Made by a program: the position numbers and the translations under genes. The notes below the pieces were generated by a model. It was not told the origin of the DNA, searched no databases, and saw only the letters and a program-made list of their open reading frames with translations. DNA of 64,000 nt from Desulfobulbaceae bacterium (GTDB lineage: Bacteria; Desulfobacterota; Desulfobulbia; Desulfobulbales; Desulfocapsaceae). Below are positions 27,630 through 39,738 of the stretch, piece by piece (the stretch's first letter is position 1; every line of letters starts with the position of its first letter). Location: assembly GCA_031389785.1 (NCBI GenBank), contig JANMSX010000026.1, forward strand, positions 59,148 through 123,147. Reading direction: 5' to 3'.

Positions 27630-30600
27630 GCGGCTCCTTTCCGGTTTCCGTTTCCGGCATACGAATGTATCTTGGCCTTGAGGTTGATGTCCTGATAACG
27701 CCCGAGGGTGATCGCCTTGGCCGGGCATTCGGCAACACAGATACCGCAGCCCTGGCAGAGGGCCGGGTTGATCTCAGCGGTGTGGTCGGCGTTGATGAAC
27801 GGCACCCCGTAGGGGCAGGCCCGCACGCAGGTCAGACAGACCGCGCAATGGGTCGGGTCGACCTTGGAGATCACCCCGGAAAGCCGCAGGCTCTTCTTCG
27901 ACAGCAGGATAGCCGCCCGGGCCACCGCCGCCTGGGCCTGGGCGATGGTCTCGGAGACATCCTTCGGAGCGTGCACCGTGCCGGCCATGTACAGCCCTTC
28001 GCTCGGCAGGTCGACCGGCCGCAGCTTTGCGTGGGCCTCGATGAAAAAGCCGTTGCTGTTGCGCGGCACCCGGAGCATCGAGGCCAATTCCTCGGTGTCG
28101 CGGGGCTTCATGCCGGTCGACAAGACCAGCAGGTCCGGCCTGAGAGAGACCTTTCTGCCGATCGACGGATCGTGGACGACGATCTCGATGCCGGCCTCCT
28201 CCGCCCTGATATCCGGGGGGTTATCCCGTGGATCGAAGCGGATGAAGTTGACCCCCTGGCGACGGGCCTTCTGGTAGTCCAGTTCGCCCAGCCCGTAGGT
28301 GCGCATGTCGCGATAGAGGATATCGACCCTGGCCGACGGATTCTGCACCTTGAGGTACAGGGCGTTCTTCACCGCCTGGTTGCAGCAGACCCGCGAACAA
28401 TACGGCAACTGCCCTTCGCCCGGCAGGCCCTGTTCCGGCGTCTCGCAGGGAGTACCGGTATCGGGAGAACTGAACTGGAGATTCTTGTCGTACCGTGAGC
28501 CGGCGCACTGGATCATCACCACATGCCGTGTATCGCCGATGGCCTTGCTGTCCAGGCGGGCCGAGAAATCCGTCTGGGTGATGACCCTGTCCAGCCGGCC
28601 GAGGCCGTACAGTTCCGGCCTGGCCTCTTCGGCTCCGGTGGCGACGATGATCGCCCCGTGCTGCACCGTGCGGATGGAACCGGATGGGGTCATGATATCG
28701 GTCGAGAAGGAACCGACGAAGCCGGACTGGGCAACCACCGCCGAACTGACAAAGACCTTGATCCTGTCGTTGGCCAGGACCTGCTCCTTGAGATCGAGGA
28801 GATATTGCCTGAAATACCGGCCGTCCCGGGTGCGGCCGAGGAACTGGGCCTGGCCGCCGAGACTCGCCTGCTGTTCCACCAGATAGACGGAGAATGCCTG
28901 TTGCGCGGCCTCGAGCGCCGCGGTCATGCCGGCGACGCCGCCGCCGATGACGAGCAGGGCCGGATTGACATCGAACTCGAGTTCGGCGAGAGGCTCCGCC
29001 TGACTGGCGTTGGCCACCGCCATCCGCACCAGCCGTTTCGATTTTTCCGTGGCCAGTTCCGGCTCGTTGGGGTGGACCCAGCTGCACTGATCCCGGATAT
29101 TGGCCATGTCGAAGAAATATTTGTTGATCCCGGCCTGGCGCAGGGTCGACATGAACAACGGTTCATGGGTGCTCGGCGAGCAGGCGGCAGCTACCAGCCG
29201 GTTGAGGCGGTGCTCCCGGATGATCGAGCGGATCGACTCCTGCGAATCCTGCGAACAGGTGTAGAGCGGGTGGCCGGCATAGACGACGCCGGGCAGGGTC
29301 ATAGCATATTCGGCGACGGCCGCGACATCGACGACCGAGGCGATATTGGTGCCGCAGTGGCAGACGAAGACGCCGATACGCAGTTCCTCGTCCGGGGTCG
29401 GAATCCGCTCCTCCGGCAGGGTCTCGGTGACCACCGCGGTCCCCCTTGCCGCAGCCAGCCCGGCTGAGGCCGCCTGGGCCGCGCCCGAGGCCTCAATCAC
29501 CGTTTCGGGGATGTCCTTCGGCCCGTTCACCGCGCCGCAGACAAAAATCCCCGGCCTCGTCGAGGCCAGCGGCGAAAAGGCATCGGAGACCGCAAAGCCG
29601 TAACGGTCGAGGTCCACCTCGAGGAGTGCCGCCAGGTCCCTGGTCTTCCGGGCGATCTGGATACCGACCGAGAGCACGACCATATCAAAGGTCTCGGCAA
29701 TCTTCCTGCCGCCCTCATCGACATAGCGCAACTCCAGGTCACCGCTCTGCGGGTCCTCGAAGACCCGGCTGACCATGGCCCTGATATACCGGATATTCCT
29801 CTCCTTGGCCCGCTCGACATAGGCGTCGAAATTCTTGCCGAAGGAGCGCATGTCGATATAGAAGATCGTCGGCTCGATCGCGCTGTCGTGCTCGCGGGCG
29901 ATATACGCCTCCTTGGTGGCATACATGCAGCAGACCGAGGAACAGTAATCCCTGTCGCAGGAATGGTCGCGGGAGCCGACACACTGGATCCAGGCGATTT
30001 TTTTCGGATGGCCGCCGTCTCCGGGGCGGGTGACTGTGCCGGAGGTCGGCCCGGAGGCCGAAAGGAGCCTCTCGAACTCGATGCTGGTGACGACGTTCTT
30101 ATATTGGCCGTAGCCGAACTCGCCGCGCCGCTTGGCGTCGAAGACCTCGAAACCGGGGGTGAAGATGATCGAGCCTACCCGGATCTCGCTCTCGGAACCC
30201 TGCAGGTCGTAGTCGATGGCCCCCGGCCCGCACACCGACCGGCAGATGCCGCAGGCCCCGGTATTGAGATGGACGCAGCTCTGTTCGTCGATCACCGGCA
30301 CCCTGGGGACGGCCTGAGGATAGAGGATGTTGATCGGCTTGCGAAGGTTCAGGCCCTCGTTGAAGCGGTTGAACAGCGGCTTCGGAACTTTGTTGGTGAC
30401 TTGGTCGATGGCGAGATAATTGACCGGACAGGTTGAGACACAGGCGCCGCAGACCTGGCAGAGATCGAGGTTGGCCTCGATGCCCTCGGCCACCATTTTC
30501 AGGGCGCCGATCCGCATGACCTTTTTGCACATCATTGCACAAAGGCCGCAGCGGATGCAGTCCTGCCTTCCCATGACGGGGATATCCTTCTTCAAGGCTT

Positions 30601-31345
30601 CGGAACGGAGGACGATGGCCGCCCCGAGTCCCCGGTCGAGATCGGGAGCCCCATCTATCCTGATCGCCGAAAATTTCTCCGGGCAGGCGGTGAAACAGGC
30701 GCCGCAACCGGTGCATTTGTCAGCCAGGACGGCGGCAACCTTGCCCTTCTCCCAGCTGATTGCGCCGTGCAGACAGGCCCGAAAGCAGTTGCCGCACTGG
30801 CTGCACTTCTCGGGCACGACGGAAAAGGACCAGGCATGGGCCGACTGCGGCCGGGGGGAACCTGGACCGCGGATAGTCCGCTTCTCCCGTACAGTCTTGC
30901 GCGGTTTCTCCTCTTCCGTTTTTTCCTCGGGAAAATTCGAGATATGGGTCACCGGGCAGGCCAGTTCGCAGGCGCCGCAGCCGGTACACTTGGCGATGTC
31001 GACATAGCGGGCCCGGCTCGTTACTGTGGCCGTAAAATTGCCCGCCTCGCCGCTCAGCCCCGTCACCTCGCTCCAGGTCATCAATTCGATGTTCATGTGC
31101 CTTCCGACCTCCACCAGTTTCGGCGAGACGATGCACATCGAACAGTCGTTGGTCGGAAAGGTCTTGTCCAGCTGGGCCATCTTGCCGCCGATCGCCGGCG
31201 AGCTTTCCACCAGATAGACCTTGAAGCCGGCATTGGCGAGATCGAGGGACGACTGCATGCCGCCGATGCCCCCGCCGATGACCATCACGGCCCCGGTCGG
31301 GGGAGAAGGCAGAGGCCCGGGTTGTGTCATATTCCCTGAATTCAT
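27626..31345 (-). CDS. hdrA: Large HdrA-like flavoprotein (two HdrA FAD modules, many 4Fe-4S motifs)
   Basis: GGGIGG, MAQLDKTFPTNDCSMC, IQCVGSR..YCSSVCC, GVFVCHCG, second GGGVAG/IQCAGSR/YCSRVCC, C-terminal 2x4Fe-4S; start 31345 from RBS and ATGA overlap. Confidence 0.92.
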   Translation of the reverse strand: MNSGNMTQPGPLPSPPTGAVMVIGGGIGGMQSSLDLANAGFKVYLVESSPAIGGKMAQLDKTFPTNDCSMCIVSPKLVEVGRHMNIELMTWSEVTGLSGEAGNFTATVTSRARYVDIAKCTGCGACELACPVTHISNFPEEKTEEEKPRKTVREKRTIRGPGSPRPQSAHAWSFSVVPEKCSQCGNCFRACLHGAISWEKGKVAAVLADKCTGCGACFTACPEKFSAIRIDGAPDLDRGLGAAIVLRSEALKKDIPVMGRQDCIRCGLCAMMCKKVMRIGALKMVAEGIEANLDLCQVCGACVSTCPVNYLAIDQVTNKVPKPLFNRFNEGLNLRKPINILYPQAVPRVPVIDEQSCVHLNTGACGICRSVCGPGAIDYDLQGSESEIRVGSIIFTPGFEVFDAKRRGEFGYGQYKNVVTSIEFERLLSASGPTSGTVTRPGDGGHPKKIAWIQCVGSRDHSCDRDYCSSVCCMYATKEAYIAREHDSAIEPTIFYIDMRSFGKNFDAYVERAKERNIRYIRAMVSRVFEDPQSGDLELRYVDEGGRKIAETFDMVVLSVGIQIARKTRDLAALLEVDLDRYGFAVSDAFSPLASTRPGIFVCGAVNGPKDIPETVIEASGAAQAASAGLAAARGTAVVTETLPEERIPTPDEELRIGVFVCHCGTNIASVVDVAAVAEYAMTLPGVVYAGHPLYTCSQDSQESIRSIIREHRLNRLVAAACSPSTHEPLFMSTLRQAGINKYFFDMANIRDQCSWVHPNEPELATEKSKRLVRMAVANASQAEPLAELEFDVNPALLVIGGGVAGMTAALEAAQQAFSVYLVEQQASLGGQAQFLGRTRDGRYFRQYLLDLKEQVLANDRIKVFVSSAVVAQSGFVGSFSTDIMTPSGSIRTVQHGAIIVATGAEEARPELYGLGRLDRVITQTDFSARLDSKAIGDTRHVVMIQCAGSRYDKNLQFSSPDTGTPCETPEQGLPGEGQLPYCSRVCCNQAVKNALYLKVQNPSARVDILYRDMRTYGLGELDYQKARRQGVNFIRFDPRDNPPDIRAEEAGIEIVVHDPSIGRKVSLRPDLLVLSTGMKPRDTEELASMLRVPRNSNGFFIEAHAKLRPVDLPSEGLYMAGTVHAPKDVSETIAQAQAAVARAAILLSKKSLRLSGVISKVDPTHCAVCLTCVRACPYGVPFINADHTAEINPALCQGCGICVAECPAKAITLGRYQDINLKAKIHSYAGNGNRKGAA

Positions 31346-32208
31346 CGTGTTCCCTCCCTGGCAGACCCGGGTTGACTGAAGCAGCTGCTGAGGATGTCCG
31401 GGGCAATGAGATGGGTCTTCTGCTGGCTGGCCGGATACTCGCCGGAAAAGGCAGCCGCCAGCAGTTCCGCCGCGAAAAAGACCGGCAGCGGCGCTTCCCT
31501 GCCGCCGGCATCGAGCTGTCGGCTCTCGACGTTTGCCTGGCACATCGGGCAGTCGGTGACAATGGCCGTAGCCCCGGCCCGGCGCGCGGCCCGGACGATG
31601 TCCCCGACCAGCCTGACGGCGATGTCCGGCCGGGCCAGGGTCAGGCTACCGGAACAGCACTCGGTGCGATGCGACCAGGACACCGGTGCCGCCCCGACCG
31701 CCCGCACGATGCGTTCCAGGTTCTCCGGGGTCTCCCAGTCGGGGGCCCCGGTTACCCTCGGATTGCGCAATGACAGGCAGCCGTAGTAGCAGGCCAGCGA
31801 CAGCCCGGTCAGCGGTTTCACCAGCGCGCCTTCGATGCGTTCGAGGATATCGACCCTGGCCAGCAGGGTGCTGATGTGGATGATGGTATAATCCGGCGCG
31901 TAGGTCTTCAGATCCCAGTATCCTGGATCAGCCCGCAAGGCCTTGTCGGCGGCCTTCAGCCGCTGAAAGCAGGCGGCGCAGGGCACCAGGATGTCGAGCC
32001 CCATCTCCTTGGCCAGCAGGAGATTGCGCATCGGCAGGCGCATACCGATCTCGTGATCGGTCATATGCGCCGAGGAGGCGCCGCAGCAGTTCCAGTCGGG
32101 GATCTCGACCAGCTCAATATCGATGGCCCGGCAGACCTGGCGCACCGACTGGTCGTAATCCCGGGCCGAGCCTTCAAGAGAGCAACCTGGGTAATATGCA
32201 AGTTTCAT
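31342..32208 (-). CDS. hdrB: Heterodisulfide reductase subunit B
   Basis: YYPGCS, DWNCCG, PCAAC, YYGC, ECCSG, DCPMCQ CCG motifs. Confidence 0.93.
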   Translation of the reverse strand: MKLAYYPGCSLEGSARDYDQSVRQVCRAIDIELVEIPDWNCCGASSAHMTDHEIGMRLPMRNLLLAKEMGLDILVPCAACFQRLKAADKALRADPGYWDLKTYAPDYTIIHISTLLARVDILERIEGALVKPLTGLSLACYYGCLSLRNPRVTGAPDWETPENLERIVRAVGAAPVSWSHRTECCSGSLTLARPDIAVRLVGDIVRAARRAGATAIVTDCPMCQANVESRQLDAGGREAPLPVFFAAELLAAAFSGEYPASQQKTHLIAPDILSSCFSQPGSAREGTR

Positions 32209-32768
32209 CGCTCATACTCCTTTCCCTTGCCGGAGAAGATCCGCCGGATGTCCTCCCTGCCCTTGATGGAATGCGGCAGAAGTTTGAGTTTACCCTTCGC
32301 GAACATCTGCATGCCGAGCTTCATGTCGCCGACAAGATCGCCGGAGCGAAGCTTATAGCCGGCGATCATGCCGATCTCATAGGCCCGCCCCCAGTGCCTG
32401 ATCGAATCGAGAAAGGATTTATGGAGCAGCGGAACCCGCGGTTCGGCCGGGGTGATGCCTTTTTTCAGGGCCAGGGATCTGAGGACGTCCATCAGCCCGG
32501 CGATCTCGATCTCGTTCGGGCAACGGGTCGCGCAGGTCTCGCAGGCGGCGCAGAGCCAGATGGTCCGGCTGCCCAGAAGGATGTCCTCCATGCCGTACGA
32601 GGCGAGCCGTACGACCTCCATGACCTGCAGGTCGAAATAGTCGGCGACCGGGCAACCAGCCGAGCAGCGGCCGCACTGGAAACAGGCATGGACATCGATG
32701 CCGGTCACCTCCAGTTTGTGGAGAAATTTCTGGTTGCCGTCTTCTGCTGCAATGCGATCACTGTTCAT
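32205..32768 (-). CDS. hdrC: Heterodisulfide reductase subunit C
   Basis: CFQCGRCSAGCP and IWLCAACETCATRCP; GGAGG RBS before ATG 32768. Confidence 0.92.
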   Translation of the reverse strand: MNSDRIAAEDGNQKFLHKLEVTGIDVHACFQCGRCSAGCPVADYFDLQVMEVVRLASYGMEDILLGSRTIWLCAACETCATRCPNEIEIAGLMDVLRSLALKKGITPAEPRVPLLHKSFLDSIRHWGRAYEIGMIAGYKLRSGDLVGDMKLGMQMFAKGKLKLLPHSIKGREDIRRIFSGKGKEYER

Positions 32769-34323
32769 GGTTTCCTCCAATGAGGTTCTCGATCACGGCC
32801 GGGAATCTGAGGGTGAAAGTGGCGCCGTCGCCGGGCGATGAGGTGGCCCTGATGCTGCCCTTGTGCTCCCTGACAATCGCGTACGACACCGACAGGCCCA
32901 GGCCTGTGCCTTCACCGGGTCCCTTGGTGGTATAAAACGGATCGAAGATCTTCTCCAGCTTGTCGTGCTCGATGCCCGGCCCGCTGTCGCTGATGAGAAC
33001 CTCGACGATATCGCGGCCGGCCCTGGTGCGGCTGACGATGCGCAGTACTCCGTTGCCGGCCATGGCCTGTACGGCGTTGACGACGATATTCATCACCACC
33101 TGGTTCAGTCGGATCGAGTTGCCGAAGATCGGCAGCAGGCCCTCCTCGAGCTTGAGCTGCACTTCGACATTGTGAAAGAGGGGCTGGTTTTTCAAGACCC
33201 CGATGGTCTTGCGGATAACCTCGTTGAGATTGAGGACGGTCATATCGTAGGCGGTCTGGTGGGAAAACTCGAGGAGGTCGGCGACAATCACCTTGCACCG
33301 CTCGGCCTCGTGAATGATCACATCGAGATCCTCGCCGAAGGGATGACTGTCACCGAGTCCCTCCTTCACCAGATTGGCATAGAGCATGATGCCGGACATC
33401 GGGTTGTTGATCTCATGAGCGACGCCGGCGGCCAGGCGGCCGAGCCCCGCCATCTTTTCCGATTGCATGAGCATGTTGTGGGTCTGTTCGAGGTCCTCCT
33501 CGATCTTCTGCATGGCTCGGAGGTCGGTGAAGATGCCGAAGGTCGCTATCTCCTCCTCCTTGTCATAGATGATGCCGCCGGAAAAACTGACCGGAATGGC
33601 CTGACCGTTCCGGTGTTTCACCGTCAGCTCATGGTGCAGCAGTTTCCCCTTGCCGCCATAGTCGTCGCTGCGCATCCGCTTGATGATCTCGTAGGCGACC
33701 CCATCCTGGTACAGGCCGGTGACATGCAGTTCCTTGAGGGCCTCCTCGAAGGTGTAGCCGAGGAGGGCCTGGGCCCCCTGATTGAACAATATCAACCGGC
33801 CCTGCATATCCGAGGCGATGATGCCGTCGACGGAAGAATCGATGAGATTGTGGAAGAAGGCGTTTCGCCGCCGCAGCTCCCCCTCCAGTTTCTTGCGGGT
33901 CGTGATATCGATCAGGTAGAGCAGGTAATAATCCGGCCGGGAGGGCGGGTAGACGAGGACCGCATCGATGACCAGGCGCTGGCCGTCACCTCTTTTGATC
34001 TCGATTTCATGTCTGAACCGCGAGGTCTTGCCGGCGGGCGGCGACTTGAAGAACGCCTCGATCAGCTTGAACAGTCCGGCATGCTGCAGGGCGGGGACCA
34101 TGTTGAGAGGGGTCTCGACGACCTCGCTGCAGGTGATATCGAGAAAATGGCAAGCCGCCGGATTGACGTGGATGACCTGATGGTCGAGACCGACCACCAT
34201 CACCCCGTTCGGGGTCTCCTCAAGAATCAGTTCGAAGTAGAGGTTCGACCCCAGATCCCTGCAGCTTGTCGTCAGTGCCTTTTCCGCCTGCAACTGGTCG
34301 CCCATGCCTTGTACGTTCGTCAT
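32758..34323 (-). CDS. Cytoplasmic tandem-PAS sensor histidine kinase
   Basis: Two PAS-like segments, SEKMAGLGRLAAGVAHEINNP, NAVQA, DSGPGI, FYTTK, GTGLGL; no TM segment seen. Confidence 0.93.
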   Translation of the reverse strand: MTNVQGMGDQLQAEKALTTSCRDLGSNLYFELILEETPNGVMVVGLDHQVIHVNPAACHFLDITCSEVVETPLNMVPALQHAGLFKLIEAFFKSPPAGKTSRFRHEIEIKRGDGQRLVIDAVLVYPPSRPDYYLLYLIDITTRKKLEGELRRRNAFFHNLIDSSVDGIIASDMQGRLILFNQGAQALLGYTFEEALKELHVTGLYQDGVAYEIIKRMRSDDYGGKGKLLHHELTVKHRNGQAIPVSFSGGIIYDKEEEIATFGIFTDLRAMQKIEEDLEQTHNMLMQSEKMAGLGRLAAGVAHEINNPMSGIMLYANLVKEGLGDSHPFGEDLDVIIHEAERCKVIVADLLEFSHQTAYDMTVLNLNEVIRKTIGVLKNQPLFHNVEVQLKLEEGLLPIFGNSIRLNQVVMNIVVNAVQAMAGNGVLRIVSRTRAGRDIVEVLISDSGPGIEHDKLEKIFDPFYTTKGPGEGTGLGLSVSYAIVREHKGSIRATSSPGDGATFTLRFPAVIENLIGGNHEQ

Positions 34324-35207
34324 CTGCCGATAAGGTCGAGAAATTCCGGCAACCGGTCCCGCCAGCCGAGGGCCAGCACGTCGATGCCGTCAATCATCGG
34401 CGCTATCTCCCTGACAAATTCGGCGCCGATCCTCAGACCGGCGTCCTGCTTGACCGGGGAATCCATCATTTTCTTCAGATATTCCTGGGGGATCGAGGGC
34501 ACCCCCTTGAGGTTGTTGAGGTAACGGATCATGGTGACCGACTTGAGCAGCATAACCGACAGGGAGAGCCGTATCCCGGTCTCTTCGGCGACCGGCAGAA
34601 ACTGCTCGATGATGTTGACATCATAGGTGGGGCCGAGGCTCACCGAGGTCACCCCGAAGCCGGCCAGTTTGCGGATGAACTCCATCTGCTCGCGGTTGCG
34701 GGTGGCGTCATCGGAGAGTTCCAGGGATACGCCGAAGGTGAAGGAGGTGGCGCCGTCAAGCAGTTCGCCGGCCAGATCGTGGCCGGCGTTGAGGGAGGAG
34801 ATGCATTTGAGCATGGTGGTCAGATCGAGATCGCCACTCGTCCTGACGACCGGTTGATCACCCTCGGCCGGGTCATGCCCTTCCCGGAGCAGGATGTTCT
34901 TGATACCGAGTGCCGAGGCACAAAGGAGATCGCCCTGAAAGGAGATGCGGTTGCGATCCCGGCCGTTCATCACCATGATCGGCTCCATACCCTTCTCCTT
35001 GAGGGCAAGGCAGGGGGCGATCGGCGACATCCGCATGATTGCATGCTCGCTGTCGGTCACCCGGACGGCATCGACCCGGCCTCTGAGGCTCAGGGCCGTC
35101 GCCAGAAATCCTTCGAGATTGGTCCCCTTCGGTGGATCGATTTCGGCAGTCAGGTGGTAGGACTTGTCTGCCCCGGGCTCTGTGTTCGATTGATGTGCAG
35201 CTTCCAT
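34320..35207 (-). CDS. Divergent MetF-like protein
   Basis: TAEIDPPKG, VTDS, RDRNRISFQ kept; GD motif reads EGHD and FVQTQ reads SVSLG. Confidence 0.85.
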   Translation of the reverse strand: MEAAHQSNTEPGADKSYHLTAEIDPPKGTNLEGFLATALSLRGRVDAVRVTDSEHAIMRMSPIAPCLALKEKGMEPIMVMNGRDRNRISFQGDLLCASALGIKNILLREGHDPAEGDQPVVRTSGDLDLTTMLKCISSLNAGHDLAGELLDGATSFTFGVSLELSDDATRNREQMEFIRKLAGFGVTSVSLGPTYDVNIIEQFLPVAEETGIRLSLSVMLLKSVTMIRYLNNLKGVPSIPQEYLKKMMDSPVKQDAGLRIGAEFVREIAPMIDGIDVLALGWRDRLPEFLDLIGR

Positions 35208-36007
35208 TGAACCTCCTGTAAAATGAGAATCAACTGCTCAAGAAGGAATATCTGCGGAAAGTCAGGATCGAGCCATGGTCCCCCGATGGGTCTGAAAGAT
35301 CGGGAGAGCCGTGAGTGGTCGCCCCTGTTTTTGATCATTTTAATTTAACATGGCATTCAACCTAAATCATCAAAATAATACGCAGGCCGAGATCCACCCC
35401 GGATCCTGAAAATCCGGTCTTGCCCGGGCAGCGGGTGGCCGGCAGGATGCCGATCCGCCACGGGGGTGGTCCGCCACGACACTGCCGGCGATTTTTCGGG
35501 CACTTTCAAGAGAGATGGAAATTCCATACGAACAGCTTTTGCCGACCCCTTCGCCCGACCTTTGCCAGGACTGGAGGCCTCTTCCGGCCAATCAAAAACG
35601 TACAGTATCTCTGATCCGTTACACCGGTTTCCCGGCGAATTGCCAGCGGATGGAGTCAATGTGAAAAAACAGGAAATGAGAAGATTCAAGATAAATATTT
35701 CAGACCAGCTTCTTGCCGACTTTTGAATTGTACCCGCAAAAAAAGGAAAATACTACGGGGTCGGATATTTTTTCTTCGACCCGCCGAACCGGCCGCTCGG
35801 CAATCTCAGCAACCGCTGCCAGTCTTCCGGTATTCCTCATTATATTTCGCCGCCCCGGCCATCTCCCGAGGAACAGGAGAAGGTTGTTCATGTGACAAAA
35901 AAACCCCTCGTCTCCGCGAAAAGACAAGGGGTGATCGCCCGATCCGAGGACCGGGCGCCGGCAGAAATGGTCCGACCTTTCAGCCGTTCCGGAAGAACTT
36001 CCCGAGG

Positions 36008-37804
<1,797 letters not shown>

Positions 37805-38250
37805 TTATCCTTCGAAACGTAAAGATTGAAACGATCTTCCCTGTCGAGAAGTCGACCCGGTGCCGAATCTGGCGGAAAAAGACAATCATTATTGGCTGAT
37901 AAAGACAGGACCGTACACTCTTTATATACTCATTTCAATCGGGTTTTCCCCCGACAATCCCGCCCTCCAGCACCGAAATCCGGGTTGTATATTTAATTAA
38001 TGTATTTTCAACATATTAGGCCATGGAGAGAGGGAAATCCGGGACTATCAGAAATGTGAATAACAAAATCGAGATTTGTTGTTAAACCGACCGCCTGTCA
38101 TGTTCCGCATGGCGGCTCTCGCATGCCGCGGAGACCGGCACCGCCGCCCTGCCGCTGACGGGGCAGTGGTTTTCGCAGCTGCCGCAGCCGATGCCCAATC
38201 CGGCAAGCTCGCAGGGCCGCAGCAGCATGCCTGACTCGCCCCGGCTGAAG

Positions 38251-39144
38251 TCAGGCCAGGGCGGCCTGCCAGGCCAGGAATACGATGCCGAGCGACAGAC
38301 CGCTTAAGGACAACTGCAGCCAGAAAGAGCGACGGAGGAGGAAAAATGTTTTCAGACTGAGGACATATCCGGCAGCCAGGCCGATCACAAGACCGAAGAA
38401 ATGCGCCCCCAGATCTGTATGTTCACCACTGCTGCCAACCATGGCAAGCATCGCGGAGCCGGCCATCAGAGGCATCAGCAGACGGGTTCGACCGAGGAAT
38501 GAATGGCGCCTGAAGTTCAGGGATGAGAGTATGCCGATCACCGAAAAGACGGCGGTGGAAAAACCGACAAAATGGTGGTCGGGGCCATGGGCTGCGACAT
38601 TCAACAGATTGGCCAGCGTTGCGGTGACCAGCAGACCGGTCAGGCCGATGCCATTCCCCAGGATGAGAAACAGGTAGTGCAGGAGGAACCCGCCCAGAGC
38701 ACAGTTGCCCAGCAGATGCAGGATATCGGCATGCAGGGTCAGGGCGGTGACGAGCCGGTAATACTGGCCGTCACCGAGAATACGGCTGGAGTCCCCGGCC
38801 CCGGCCATAAACCACGGGGAGTGCTGTTGCCAGGCACCGGTCTGAAGATGAAACAGGCCAAGGCAGGCGATGATAAACAGGCTCATCAGGCGGAAGGTGG
38901 GCTGAAATGCATCCGCGGCCGGTATCTGCTCCGGCCAGTCCCTGTTTTCCTCGATATAGGCGGCGATCTCGAATCCGGCCCTCTCCGCATCGCCCTCCGG
39001 GACCACGATCTCCCAGGAAGTTCGAGAAGCAGAGACGAGAGTATGCGGGATATGAGCGGCGGAGAGGACCAGCGAGAAGGTCCCCGCTTCTTCCGGATCG
39101 CCGGTTGCAATGATGGTGGCCGATGTCCTGGTGTCTCTATCCAT
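38251..39144 (-). CDS. Rhomboid family intramembrane serine protease
   Basis: LHADILHLLGN, GFS catalytic Ser motif, AHFFG catalytic His, several TM segments. Confidence 0.88.
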   Translation of the reverse strand: MDRDTRTSATIIATGDPEEAGTFSLVLSAAHIPHTLVSASRTSWEIVVPEGDAERAGFEIAAYIEENRDWPEQIPAADAFQPTFRLMSLFIIACLGLFHLQTGAWQQHSPWFMAGAGDSSRILGDGQYYRLVTALTLHADILHLLGNCALGGFLLHYLFLILGNGIGLTGLLVTATLANLLNVAAHGPDHHFVGFSTAVFSVIGILSSLNFRRHSFLGRTRLLMPLMAGSAMLAMVGSSGEHTDLGAHFFGLVIGLAAGYVLSLKTFFLLRRSFWLQLSLSGLSLGIVFLAWQAALA

Positions 39145-39438
39145 TGAGAGCAGCTGCCCGGGTATTTTTGGCGGAAGACCGGAGCATCGGGGGCTGAGGC
39201 TGAGGACCGAAGGTTTTCATAGTAAATCAACAGGTAAAGGGTGAAAGACTGCGGCCGTTTCGTCCGAGGGAATTCCCCATTCCGGGTCACGGCGGCTGTC
39301 CCTCCGACCGCACCCGGGCGAATGGTAGCGGAAGCCGGGCCGGAGAATGGCCTTCACCGTTGCCGTCTCCCTGCTCCATCCAAGGTGCAAGTCATCACCC
39401 GGCTCGGTGGCGGGCAGGCCGGACTGACCATCCGGCGT

Positions 39439-39675
39439 TCATCGCAGGAACAGGTCATAGTCCAGCACCAGCGCACTCAAGGTCACCATGCCGACAAGCC
39501 TGCGGTTTCTTCCACCGGCGTCATCTGCGTGCCGTTTTTTGACCAGCAGGCTATGTACATTTTCCTCGCGCATTTTGGCCGCGGCCTCTCTGGCGGTTGC
39601 CATGCCGTCGATGGAGATGATGTTGGTACTCATCACATCCTTTCCCCGAACTATCTGGTCTGAAGGTGTCGCCAT
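39439..39675 (-). pseudogene. CBS-domain protein remnant (internal deletion)
   Basis: KDVMSTNIISIDGMATAREAAAKMR...KRHADDA joined to RLVGMVTLS; too short for a CBS pair. Confidence 0.6.
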
Positions 39676-39738
39676 ATTGTTTGTCCTTTTGTTGTAGGTG
39701 AGATGACAAAGCGGTTGCGGCCTGAACGGCATACCCGC

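Noticed and set aside
31346-31543. ORF-track N-terminal extension of hdrA (similarly metF, nadC, epimerase)
   Set aside because: Overlaps the upstream gene or intergenic DNA; RBS and stop/start overlaps favour the downstream ATGs.
35530-35570. GGCAAA...GCAAAAGC resembling a c-di-GMP-I riboswitch
   Set aside because: No paired stem or GNRA loop between the motifs.
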